33,735 bases of DNA from an uncultured Bacilli bacterium (GTDB lineage Bacteria; Bacillota_I; Bacilli_A; RF39; UBA660): contig CANQEG010000002.1 in NCBI GenBank assembly GCA_947594705.1, positions 1-33,735 of the forward strand, read 5' to 3'. Below are positions 25,124 to 33,735 of the stretch, in pieces. The position numbers and the translations under genes were made by a program. A model generated the notes under the pieces. It saw only the letters and a list, made by a program, of their open reading frames with translations. It was not told where the DNA came from and did no database searches. Each line of letters starts with the position of its first letter. Position 1 is the first letter of the stretch.

Positions 25124-26779
25124 CTACTTTCTAAATAATATTTTTTTACAAAAAGGAATTTTGTTTATAAGACGATTCAGATAAGCACGGCCAAAAACAT
25201 TTTCAAGTATTTTTTGTTTGTATGTTATTACAAGATATACTAAAGCTCCAATTATTGCTATTACAGCAACATAAATTATACTTGATGGTTTACTATATAC
25301 ATTGTAAGGATAGAAAAGATGCACTATATAAATTACAATTGTCATAATGAGGGTTGGAAATATTAATTTTCCAAATAACTCCATTGTTTCTTTGTATTTG
25401 ATGTGATGCTCTTTTCTTAATATATATAGTGTTGTTAATACTGAAACACTGTAACCTAAGATACTTGCCAAAATGGCTCCAATAAAAGGTTCAAGATGAA
25501 GCCCATAACATAAAAGCATAAGGGGAATATCAAGGATAGCATTTGTTGCATAGCCAAGTAAAGTTGTTAAATAAACGGCTTTAAATTTATTTAAACTTTG
25601 TAATGTAGAAGAAGTTATCATGTAAAGATTAAAGAATAAAGCTGAGAAAATGGATACAGATAAGACAAGTCCCCCTAAATCAATGGCATCTGTTCCATAA
25701 AAGATACTCCAAATAGGTTTGGCTAAAAATGAGATACCAATTACCATGGGAATACAGGAAATTAAAATAATTTGTAAGGCTTTATTAAATCTTTTTTCTA
25801 CTAAATCCCATTTTTTTAACGTAAATGCTTCCACAATATTTGGAATTAAACTTACTGATAAACCCATGGCAATAGCATTGACTATCATACTAATTTTTCC
25901 TGACCAAGTCGCGACCGAAGATGTAATAAATTCCGTTGTCATTGCGTCAAACCCTAAATAAGTCATGGTTCTTGAAATAAATACCATATCTACAAAGTTA
26001 TAAACGGATACAGATACATCTATTATAATAAATGGAATGGCATAGGAAGCTATTTTTTTTAATATTTCTTGATTTGTAATCGCATCTTTTTTTGTTTTAC
26101 CATCTAAACTTAGTTCTTTTTTATTTTTATGCATGTTGATTAAAATGTAAAAAATCGCGGCCAGTCCTCCAGCAAAAGCTCCAAAAACGGCAATTCCAAC
26201 CGAAGTTGTTAAAGATAAATGAAAGATATTTAAAGCTAAAAAACTTCCTCCTAAAATTACACCAATTCTTACTACTTGCTCAATTACTTGACTTATACTT
26301 GATACATTAATAATGTTATGTCCTTGTAAATATCCTTTAGAAACACTTAAAAATGGAATTACCAAAATAGCAAAAGAAACACATCGAATCACAAATGTGA
26401 CATCTTCTATGGTATTTCCACCTTGTAATTCTCCTAGTATTAATGTAGCGAGTTCTTTTGCAAAAATAAATAAAATAATAAACGCAGCGACAGATATAAA
26501 CGTAATAATCTTTTTTCCAACCTCATATGCTCTTACTTTGGCATCCATCATTCCAAGTGTATTGTATTCTTTAATAATTTTAGAAATAGCAACAGGAAGA
26601 CCGGCAGATGAAATATCTAAAAAAATCACATAAATATTATAAGCATAAGCATATAAAGCACTTCCTTGTATTCCGATCATGGCATAAAAAGGAATTACGT
26701 AGAGCATTCCTAATATTTTGGTAATAACAATAGCAACAGTCGCGATTACCGTACCTTCAATAAACGAACTTCTTTTCAT
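25124..26779 (-). CDS. MOP-superfamily flippase of the YtgP/SpoVB (MurJ-like) family
   Basis: About 14 predicted TM segments. The N-terminus ...ITKILGMLYVIPFYAMIGIQGSALYAYAYNIYVIFLDISSAGLPVAISKII closely parallels B. subtilis YtgP/SpoVB. ATG 26779 is preferred over the GTG at 26803. Confidence 0.8.
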   Translation of the reverse strand: MKRSSFIEGTVIATVAIVITKILGMLYVIPFYAMIGIQGSALYAYAYNIYVIFLDISSAGLPVAISKIIKEYNTLGMMDAKVRAYEVGKKIITFISVAAFIILFIFAKELATLILGELQGGNTIEDVTFVIRCVSFAILVIPFLSVSKGYLQGHNIINVSSISQVIEQVVRIGVILGGSFLALNIFHLSLTTSVGIAVFGAFAGGLAAIFYILINMHKNKKELSLDGKTKKDAITNQEILKKIASYAIPFIIIDVSVSVYNFVDMVFISRTMTYLGFDAMTTEFITSSVATWSGKISMIVNAIAMGLSVSLIPNIVEAFTLKKWDLVEKRFNKALQIILISCIPMVIGISFLAKPIWSIFYGTDAIDLGGLVLSVSIFSALFFNLYMITSSTLQSLNKFKAVYLTTLLGYATNAILDIPLMLLCYGLHLEPFIGAILASILGYSVSVLTTLYILRKEHHIKYKETMELFGKLIFPTLIMTIVIYIVHLFYPYNVYSKPSSIIYVAVIAIIGALVYLVITYKQKILENVFGRAYLNRLINKIPFCKKILFRK

Positions 26780-26789
26780 TTTTAACCAC

Positions 26790-26969
26790 TCATTCTTTTT
26801 CACTATATATCACCATTGCTGAAAAACAATAAATTTGATCTTCTCCTTGGATTCCAATAGCGACTTCATACTTAATTTCTATTATATCACCTACTAGACC
26901 ACTTAGAAAAGCATTTATTTTTCCTTCTAAATCTTTTTCGGTATTTTCATCAAAACATTTTACTTTCAT
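26790..26969 (-). CDS. Small protein (59 aa), tentatively Cse60/YteV-like
   Basis: Not in the ORF track because it is under 60 aa. SD AAGGAA precedes the ATG. Product: MKVKCFDENTEKDLEGKINAFLSGLVGDIIEIKYEVAIGIQGEDQIYCFSAMVIYSEKE. The pattern KV..FDE..EKDLE..IN.FL...I.Y.V....QIY.FSA matches my memory of the Cse60 family. Confidence 0.45.
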   Translation of the reverse strand: MKVKCFDENTEKDLEGKINAFLSGLVGDIIEIKYEVAIGIQGEDQIYCFSAMVIYSEKE

Positions 26970-27097
26970 TATTTTTCATTCCTTTTTTCTATTAAATCAT
27001 AAAACAAAAGAAAACTTTGTCGAAATAAGAGTTTTTTGATATTTTTCTTTCATTTGCAATTTATAATCATTCATGGCATAATGATAAGGGTGAAAAA

Positions 27098-27769
27098 ATG
27101 AAAAATTTAACAAAAGATGATTTAAAATTTTATCAAAAAAATTCTTTAGAAATTCCTATTGGGATAGATAGAAAAAGAAATTCTGTCAGTTATTTTCATC
27201 TAGAAAGTGCTTCTATTCATCTTGTTTTATCAAAAGAAAAGCAATATTTACCCTTTTTAACTGATTTGGCAAATTTACTTATTTTTTTAAACCCTTATTT
27301 TCAGGTAATTGTTATTGATGAAAATGAAGAAGTTACAAATTTAGATTCTTCGATTATTTATATTTCTAAAAATAAAGTACTTGATTTTTTTTATAACTTA
27401 GATAAAATGGATACAAAACCAAAAATTATGATGATTCATTCTATTTATCATTTATTTCAAAATAAAAATGAAGAACAAATAAAAGTAATAGAATCTTTTT
27501 TAGAAAAAGAAAAATATTTTATTCTTTTTGATAGTTTAGATCATATAAAACATTTTACAAAGAAAGAATGGTTTTTAAAAAATGTAAATTTAGAAAACGG
27601 AATATGGTTAAATGAAGGTTATATTAATGAGCCGTTTTTTTCTATTAAACATCATCATATAAATTTATATAAAGATAATATAAAAGATGAAAATTACGGA
27701 ATACTTATTCAAGATGGTTGTGCAGATATTATTCAAATTATTCATGAAAAAAAGGAAAAAAACATTTGA
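27098..27769 (+). CDS. Hypothetical protein, possibly a degenerate (Walker-A-less) FtsK/EssC-like domain
   Basis: LEIPIGIDRKRNSVSYFHLESASIHLVLS and the C-terminal GILIQDGCADIIQII resemble the start and end of FtsK/SpoIIIE-type domains. No GxxGxGK(S/T) motif is present. Confidence 0.4.
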   Translation: MKNLTKDDLKFYQKNSLEIPIGIDRKRNSVSYFHLESASIHLVLSKEKQYLPFLTDLANLLIFLNPYFQVIVIDENEEVTNLDSSIIYISKNKVLDFFYNLDKMDTKPKIMMIHSIYHLFQNKNEEQIKVIESFLEKEKYFILFDSLDHIKHFTKKEWFLKNVNLENGIWLNEGYINEPFFSIKHHHINLYKDNIKDENYGILIQDGCADIIQIIHEKKEKNI

Positions 27770-27818
27770 AAAAAAATTTTAAAAGTTGTAAAATGAAGAA
27801 GTCTGATCCAGCAATATG

Positions 27819-27851
27819 CGTAAAAACAAGACAGTTTTTACGTATATTTTT
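27819..27851 (+). terminator. Rho-independent terminator after the 223-aa gene
   Basis: CGTAAAAAC-aagaca-GTTTTTACG followed by TATATTTTTTT. It lies inside the track's N-terminal extension of the next ORF. Confidence 0.7.
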
Positions 27852-27891
27852 TTGCCCTAAAATTGGATTAGAAATGGAAAGAAGGAAATAT

Positions 27892-29841
27892 ATGAAAGAT
27901 GAAAAAAACAAATTTTTAGGAGAAGAAAAAATATCTAAATTACTATTTCGTTTCTCTATTCCTTGTATTTTATCTTTGCTTATTAGTTCTTTATATAATA
28001 TTGTTGATCAAATATTTATAGGAAATAGTGAACTTGGATATTTAGGAAATGCGGCGACTGGTATTGTTTTTCCCATTACAATTATTGCTGTTAGTTTTGC
28101 TTGGTGTTTTGGGGATGGTGCTGCAGCGTATTTATCTTTATGCCAAGGAAGAAATGATACAAAAAATGCGGATAAAGCAATTGGAAATAGTATTGTTTTT
28201 ACAGTTATTATTAGTATTTTATTTTTGATTTTTGGTTTTTTATGGAAAGATGAGTTATTGTATTTATTTGGGGCAAGTGAAAAAAGTATTTCTTTAGCGA
28301 GAGATTATTATGTGATTATTTTAAGTGCTATTCCTGTTTATATGCTTGGAAATAGTATGAATGCCGTAATTCGGGCCGATGGCTCACCAGGTTTTTCTAT
28401 GGCTTCTACACTCGTGGGTGCAATTATCAATATTATACTAGATCCCATTTTTATTTTTGGTTTTCATTTAGGAATTAAGGGAGCAGCATATGCTACAATT
28501 CTAGGGCAAATTGTTACACTTGTTGTTTCTATTATTTACTATACCAAAACCAAAACATTTCGTTTGTCTAAAGAAAGTTTTCAAATCAATTTTTCTATTT
28601 TTAAGAATGTGATAAAATTAGGAATTTCTACTTTTATTACCCAAATGAGTATTGTTGTGATTTCTTTGGTTTGTAATATGATGCTTTCTAAATACGGGGC
28701 ATTAAGTGAATATGGAAGTGATATTCCGATCGCGGTTATTGGAATTACTATGAAAGTGTTTTCTATTGTTATCAATATTATTGTAGGAATTATTTTAGGT
28801 GCCCAACCAATACTTGGATATAATTATGGTGCTAAGAAAATAAACCGAGTGAAAGAAACTTTTAAAAAAGTGTTATTTTATTCTTTTCTTGTTGGAATTA
28901 TAGCAACGATTTTATTTGAATTATGTCCAAGTGTGATTATAAGTATTTTTGGTACAAATGATACTTTATATATGGAATTTGCCACTTTAACAATTCGAAT
29001 TTTTTTGATTTTGGTTACATTTACTTGTATTATCAAAATGAGTTCTATTTTCTTTCAAGCTGTTGGAAGTCCATTAAAAGCTACAATTGTGTCTCTTACA
29101 AGAGATATTGTTTTCTTTGTTCCACTTGTCATTATTTTACCAAAATTTATGGGAATCACAGGTGTGTTAGTCGCCTCTCCTATTGCCGATGTATTTGGAA
29201 TGATTATTACTTCTGTTTTGCTCATTCAATTCTTTAAAAATATTGATCATCATGAGTTTGAAGAAAAGATAGATGATTCTGTAAAAAATTCGAAACCAGG
29301 TGTCATTATTACTATTGGAAGAATGCATGGTAGTCAAGGTAAAGGAATTGGAAAGTTGGTTTCCGAAGAATTACATATTCCCTTTTATGATAAAGAAATT
29401 GCCGCGATTACTGCAAAAGAAAGTGGTTTATATGATGAAAGTGACTCTCTTTATCAATTATATTTAACAACATCCCCTGCGAAATATGCAATTGAAGCTG
29501 AAGAAAAAGTACTTCAAGAAATTAGTAAAAAAGGCTCTTGTGTCATTGTGGGAAGAGCTGCTGATTATGTTTTAAGAAATAACCCTAATGTAATCAAAAT
29601 ATTTATTTATGCTCCATTAGAATATCGTATCCAAAAAATTATGGAAATGTATAAAGATTCTAAAGAAAAAGCAAAGAAAAATATTTTGAAATCAGATAAA
29701 AATAGAGCAAGTTATTATGAACTTATTTCTGGTGGAACTTGGGGTAAAGTAGAAAATTATGATTTGTGTATTGATTCAAGTATTGGAAAAGAAAAGAGTG
29801 CGCAAATCATTTGTGAGTATATTAAAAAAAGAAAAAATTGA
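27892..29841 (+). CDS. MATE-family efflux transporter fused to a C-terminal cytidylate-kinase-like (AAA/P-loop) domain
   Basis: The MATE N-terminus (KLLFRFSIPCILSLLISSLYNIVDQIFIG) is followed by ~12 TM segments. From nt ~29290: PGVIITIGRMHGSQGKGIGKLVSEELHIPFYDKE...VIVGRAADYVL...DKNRASYY, typical of the cytidylate kinase-like family. ATG 27892 follows the terminator and GGAAAGAAGGA. Confidence 0.75.
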   Translation: MKDEKNKFLGEEKISKLLFRFSIPCILSLLISSLYNIVDQIFIGNSELGYLGNAATGIVFPITIIAVSFAWCFGDGAAAYLSLCQGRNDTKNADKAIGNSIVFTVIISILFLIFGFLWKDELLYLFGASEKSISLARDYYVIILSAIPVYMLGNSMNAVIRADGSPGFSMASTLVGAIINIILDPIFIFGFHLGIKGAAYATILGQIVTLVVSIIYYTKTKTFRLSKESFQINFSIFKNVIKLGISTFITQMSIVVISLVCNMMLSKYGALSEYGSDIPIAVIGITMKVFSIVINIIVGIILGAQPILGYNYGAKKINRVKETFKKVLFYSFLVGIIATILFELCPSVIISIFGTNDTLYMEFATLTIRIFLILVTFTCIIKMSSIFFQAVGSPLKATIVSLTRDIVFFVPLVIILPKFMGITGVLVASPIADVFGMIITSVLLIQFFKNIDHHEFEEKIDDSVKNSKPGVIITIGRMHGSQGKGIGKLVSEELHIPFYDKEIAAITAKESGLYDESDSLYQLYLTTSPAKYAIEAEEKVLQEISKKGSCVIVGRAADYVLRNNPNVIKIFIYAPLEYRIQKIMEMYKDSKEKAKKNILKSDKNRASYYELISGGTWGKVENYDLCIDSSIGKEKSAQIICEYIKKRKN

Positions 29842-29906
29842 AATATATATTTTCTTTTTTTGTTTATTATTTCTTTCTTTTTACTTAAAATATCCTTCTC
29901 AAAATC

Positions 29907-29935
29907 TTGTCGAAATGAAAAAAAACTGTTATACT
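29907..29935 (+). promoter_or_regulatory. Candidate sigma-A promoter
   Basis: TTGTCG, 17-nt spacer, TATACT, about 18 nt upstream of the likely TTG start of the next gene. Confidence 0.45.
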
Positions 29936-29952
29936 TTTTTTAGGTGGTAAAT

Positions 29953-30246
29953 TTGAAAAAAGAATCAGTTATTACATTAATACTCGTAATCATTATGATT
30001 ATTGTAGGAATTACAATATATTTTAAAACAAATACTTATGATGTTTTATTTGCGGTCGATGGAAATCTTTATCAAAAAATAGAAGTTAGAAAACATACTT
30101 CATTACATGAAATTCCTAAACCTGAAAAAGAAGGATATGCTTTTATTGGTTGGTATGATGAAGAAGAAAATATTTTGGAAACAACAACTGTTATCGATAA
30201 AGATTCTGTTTATTATGCTAGATGGGCTGAAATTGTCACAGAATAG
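29953..30246 (+). CDS. Small membrane-anchored protein with one Listeria-Bacteroides (Flg_new) repeat
   Basis: A TM is followed by YDVLFAVDGNLYQKIEV...PEKEGYAFIGWYDEE...YYARW. The likely start is TTG 29953, 5 nt after AGGTGG. The track uses GTG 29944, inside the SD. Confidence 0.6.
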   Translation: MKKESVITLILVIIMIIVGITIYFKTNTYDVLFAVDGNLYQKIEVRKHTSLHEIPKPEKEGYAFIGWYDEEENILETTTVIDKDSVYYARWAEIVTE

Positions 30247-30251
30247 GAAAA

Positions 30252-30277
30252 ATCATAGAATTTTTGGTTCTATGATT
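30252..30277. terminator. Bidirectional terminator between convergent genes
   Basis: ATCATAGAA-tttttgg-TTCTATGAT with T-runs on both sides. The eno stop codon lies within the stem. Confidence 0.65.
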
Positions 30278-31523
30278 TATTTTTTATTTTTTCTTCTATT
30301 CTCATTAATTCATTGTATTTACAAATGCGCTCACTTCTTGACATAGATCCTGTTTTTATTTGTCCTAAATTTAATGCTACGGCTAAATGCGCAATTGTTA
30401 CGTCTTCGGTTTCTCCACTTCGATGAGAAATAATTGTTTTATAACCATTTTCTTTTGCTAAATGAATTGTTTCAATGGTTTCAGAAAGTGTTCCAATTTG
30501 ATTTACTTTAATTAAAATAGCATTGGCTACGTGCATGTCGATTCCCTTTTTTAATATTTGCGAATTTGTAACAAATAAATCATCTCCTACTAACTGAATT
30601 TTCTTTCCTAAACGTTCAGTTAATTTTTTCCATCCATCCCAGTCATTTTCATCTAGACCATCTTCTATAGAAAAAATAGGATACTTCTCTACTAAAGTTT
30701 CATACCAAGAAATCATTTCATCACTAGTTTTATTTCCACCATTACTTTTTTTTAGTTCATATAATTTTGTTTCTTTATTATAAAATTCACTTGCGGCAAC
30801 ATCTAAAGCAAAAACAACATCTTTTCCAGGAACGTAACCCGCATTTTTTACACTTTCCATCATATATTGAAGTGGTTCTTCATTATTTTTTAAATTAGGC
30901 GCAAAACCACCTTCATCTCCGACTGCTGTTATTTCTTTATTCTTTTTTAATACTTCTTTTAAATGATGAAATATTTCACTACCCATTCTAACTGCTTCAT
31001 GAAAATTTTGGGCCCCAATAGGCACAATCATAAACTCTTGAAAATCTACTGAACTATCAGCATGACTTCCACCATTTAAGACATTCATCATTGGTACGGG
31101 TAATTGATACTCTTTATCTTCTCCTAAATATTCATACAATGGCTTTTTTAATTCATCCGCAGCGCATAGTGCACAAGCAAGACTAATGCCTAATATAGCA
31201 TTTGCTCCATATTTTGATTTATCTTTGGTTCCATCTATTTGAATTAAAGCCTCATCTATTTTTTGTTGATCTTTTACTTCCATTCCTAAAACTGTTTCTT
31301 TTAAAATGGTATTTACATTTTGAACGGCTTTTAGTACACCTTTTCCTAAATAACGACTTTTATCACCATCTCGAAGTTCTAAGGCTTCTTTTTCGCCAGT
31401 ACTTGCTCCACTTGGCACTATAGCACGTCCAAAACCAAGTTCACTTTTTACTTCTACTTCTACCGTAGGGTTTCCTCTAGAATCTAAAACTTCTCTTCCA
31501 TAAACATTTATAATTTTTGACAT
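30270..31523 (-). CDS. eno: Enolase (phosphopyruvate hydratase)
   Basis: [25 protein letters not shown]..., SHRSGETED, and more. ATG 31523. The 58-codon upstream extension in the ORF track is non-enolase sequence covering the promoter. Confidence 0.95.
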   Translation of the reverse strand: MSKIINVYGREVLDSRGNPTVEVEVKSELGFGRAIVPSGASTGEKEALELRDGDKSRYLGKGVLKAVQNVNTILKETVLGMEVKDQQKIDEALIQIDGTKDKSKYGANAILGISLACALCAADELKKPLYEYLGEDKEYQLPVPMMNVLNGGSHADSSVDFQEFMIVPIGAQNFHEAVRMGSEIFHHLKEVLKKNKEITAVGDEGGFAPNLKNNEEPLQYMMESVKNAGYVPGKDVVFALDVAASEFYNKETKLYELKKSNGGNKTSDEMISWYETLVEKYPIFSIEDGLDENDWDGWKKLTERLGKKIQLVGDDLFVTNSQILKKGIDMHVANAILIKVNQIGTLSETIETIHLAKENGYKTIISHRSGETEDVTIAHLAVALNLGQIKTGSMSRSERICKYNELMRIEEKIKNKS

Positions 31524-31539
31524 TTTTATCACCACTTTT

Positions 31540-31568
31540 AGTATATCAAAAGTCCGAATAACATACAA
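31540..31568 (-). promoter_or_regulatory. Candidate sigma-A promoter of eno
   Basis: On the minus strand: TTGTAT (31568-31563), 17-nt spacer, TATACT (31545-31540). Confidence 0.5.
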
Positions 31569-31593
31569 AAGAAATTCAAAAGAAAATGTAAAG

Positions 31594-33318
31594 TTATGGA
31601 GCAAGAACAATACGGAAAGCTTTGTCTTGACCATCTTCATAATAATAAACACCAAATGTACTAATTCCTGCACCACTTCCATTTGTGGCATCTCCACCTC
31701 TTACAATTGATGGAGCATAGGCCGCTATAAAATACGATTGATCAGCAAACCAACTACTGCTATATCTTATTATTTCTGAATTATTATATTGAACTTGATA
31801 AAATGGCCCTAATTCTTTCGTGGCATCTCCTAAATGTCCTCTTTGATATTGTTGATTTGAGGTACTATAATCATATAAATCATAATATTTATTACTTGGC
31901 CAATCATAACCATCGGTTTTTTCTAGTCCCATATCTTCACACTCTGTACAAGTATATGGTCCATTAAAACCAGAATTAAATTCTTTACTATAACCACTTG
32001 CAGGCTTCTTATTTTCTAATGAAGACTCTAAAAAACCCATAACATGCTCCCAAACACCTCCGGCCATATCATAAATTCCTGAATAATTTCCAGTAGTACT
32101 TGCTGCAATACTTTGCGGATTAAAATAATTCCAACTAATTTCTCCATCTAAGCCCGATTTTATACTAATATCATATTTATTACAATCTAAATTTTTTCCA
32201 GACCATTCACAAGAAGGAATAAAATTAGCAGAATTTCCTGTAACAAATCTTACATTATTAACTCTTACTTCTGTACAAGTATTTTTTTCACATCTCCCAT
32301 ATTGAGAATATGTAAGATAAAATATCGCACCCCATTCTATATTTTTCATCATATGACTTTCTAATTCTCGTTTGTAATCATAACTTGTATAAAAATCATT
32401 CGCAATTGTATTCCAACGCCAGCTATATACGTTCGGTTTTATAATAATTTTACTAGAATCTTTAACATTTTTTTGAGCACCTTCTACGGTCCAATTATCC
32501 ACATTATTTATCAATGCATTTACATTTTCATTTTGATTATATCCTGTTTCAAACTTTCCAACCCAAAAACCATTACTATTAAAACTATCAAAGGCTGGAT
32601 GTGATAACCATTTATTCTGATTATCTTCTGTTCTTAGTGTATTTTTGCTTTCAAATATAATTTCATATGGACTATCTTGTCCTAAATTTTTTATAAAACT
32701 ACTATCTTGTATGATTCCTATATTTTTCACTTCCATATATTTATTGTAAGTTTCTTCACTTTCTTTTAATTGATATCTATATCTTGGGATCCACACAAAA
32801 TAGCTTTCAATGTTTTCTTCTTTAATTTCTTCATTATTTTTATATTCTTTTGTTTTGTCTAATAAAATTACGGCATTTGCCCATTGTTTGTTTTCATAAC
32901 TATACCAATTACTACTTAAATCTGCTTTTCTTACTACTCCATGATCATCTATTGTTACTGGTATCAAATCATTTTTAATTTCAGGTAAGGCTCCTTGCAA
33001 TATTTCTTCAGCATATTCTTTTTTAAAATATAAAGTACAATTACTTTTGGTATTTTTTAAATTGTTTATACTTGCATTCCAGTTGTAATAGTCCCAAAAA
33101 ATATTCACTCCATTGGTACAAAAACTTTTTTCTGTATCAAAAGAATATTCTCCTTTTGTAGGTATAGAAGTTTGTTTTTCTCCATCAACAACATAAGCAA
33201 AGGTAATAGTTTCAAATTTATTATCATTTAATTTTATTGATTCTTTCTTTGAAAAATTTAGAAAAAAAAGAAGACTGAAACAAATAATTACAACACTCAT
33301 TAAAATTTTCTTTTTCAT
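31594..33318 (-). CDS. Membrane-anchored FGE-sulfatase (SUMF1-like) domain protein, paralog 2
   Basis: Collinear with the 17231-18979 product: [123 protein letters not shown]. Confidence 0.65.
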   Translation of the reverse strand: MKKKILMSVVIICFSLLFFLNFSKKESIKLNDNKFETITFAYVVDGEKQTSIPTKGEYSFDTEKSFCTNGVNIFWDYYNWNASINNLKNTKSNCTLYFKKEYAEEILQGALPEIKNDLIPVTIDDHGVVRKADLSSNWYSYENKQWANAVILLDKTKEYKNNEEIKEENIESYFVWIPRYRYQLKESEETYNKYMEVKNIGIIQDSSFIKNLGQDSPYEIIFESKNTLRTEDNQNKWLSHPAFDSFNSNGFWVGKFETGYNQNENVNALINNVDNWTVEGAQKNVKDSSKIIIKPNVYSWRWNTIANDFYTSYDYKRELESHMMKNIEWGAIFYLTYSQYGRCEKNTCTEVRVNNVRFVTGNSANFIPSCEWSGKNLDCNKYDISIKSGLDGEISWNYFNPQSIAASTTGNYSGIYDMAGGVWEHVMGFLESSLENKKPASGYSKEFNSGFNGPYTCTECEDMGLEKTDGYDWPSNKYYDLYDYSTSNQQYQRGHLGDATKELGPFYQVQYNNSEIIRYSSSWFADQSYFIAAYAPSIVRGGDATNGSGAGISTFGVYYYEDGQDKAFRIVLAP

Positions 33319-33336
33319 ATCTTTATTCCTTTCTTT

Positions 33337-33735
33337 TTATGGTGATAGAGCAATACGAAAAGAAGCATTAATTACAGCTAAACCACTTGTTTCAAAAAAT
33401 GAACTAATACCAGCATTTGCTCCAAAACCTTTTCCACCACCTCTGGCAAACCATGGTGCCGATGTTGTAATAAAACCAGCATCAGTATAAAACCAACTGC
33501 TCATATATCTAACTGGTTTTTCATTATCTAAGTATTTTGCAGAATAAAATGGTCCAAATTCTTTTGTTGCATCACCTAAATGTCCTCTTTTAAAATTTGA
33601 ACTATCTAAATTATAATAATCATATAAATCATAGTATTTTGAATCTGGCCATGGAAGCCCATTGTCATTTGTTCCAGTTTCTACAGAATATGGTCCATTA
33701 AAGCCTGAATTTTCGTTAGCGTTTACACCTGAACT
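33337..33735 (-). CDS. FGE-sulfatase (SUMF1-like) domain protein, paralog 3 (C-terminal 132 aa only; 5' end beyond the window)
   Basis: The open frame to the window edge translates to ...SGFNGPYSVETG...[31 protein letters not shown]...ARGGGKGFGANAG...SFRIALSP*. The stop lies 18 nt upstream of the paralog 2 start. Confidence 0.6.
   Translation of the reverse strand, partial: SSGVNANENSGFNGPYSVETGTNDNGLPWPDSKYYDLYDYYNLDSSNFKRGHLGDATKEFGPFYSAKYLDNEKPVRYMSSWFYTDAGFITTSAPWFARGGGKGFGANAGISSFFETSGLAVINASFRIALSP

Noticed and set aside
31524-31697. 58-codon N-terminal extension of the enolase ORF in the track, overlapping the end of the neighbouring gene.
   Set aside because: The canonical enolase N-terminus [20 protein letters not shown] starts at 31523. 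The extension covers a good TTGTAT-17-TATACT promoter and has no enolase homology.

Overview
This is a visibly AT-rich Bacillota-type chromosomal segment read with the standard genetic code; TGA serves as a stop at 7786-7788 and 26790-26792. All calls come from hand reading and remembered family motifs. No database, fold or structure search was run.

Layout, in order:
- tRNA-Glu and tRNA-Ile.
- A seven-gene plus-strand operon (411-10759, about 10.4 kb) that looks like a SipW/TasA(BsaA)-type extracellular fibre locus with unusual parts. These are a secreted protein built from about 19 Cys-pair/HxH modules with a polyacidic tail, two SipW-type signal peptidases that each carry a polylysine tail, at least two subunit-like proteins sharing a TY(A/S)KY N-terminal motif, and a 919-aa Ig/cadherin-like protein whose C-terminus resembles the putative major subunit.
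- A housekeeping block: yidD, a ZnuA-like lipoprotein, tRNA-Lys, rnc and smc.
- An accessory islet directly after smc. It holds two tandem 448-bp promoter-to-terminator units for a roughly 410-nt highly structured transcript containing a poorly conserved 52/47-codon ORF, a membrane-anchored FGE/SUMF1-like protein, and an IS200 copy.
- CBS-type family II pyrophosphatase, uvrB, a small membrane protein, and an apparently decayed gene.
- A Cse60-like small ORF coupled to a YtgP/SpoVB/MurJ-like flippase, a hypothetical protein, and a MATE plus cytidylate-kinase-like fusion.
- A small Listeria-Bacteroides-repeat protein, eno, and two more FGE/SUMF1-like paralogs, the last cut by the window edge.

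The best novelty candidates are the tandem structured-RNA units (16340-17229) and the atypical SipW/TasA-like operon.
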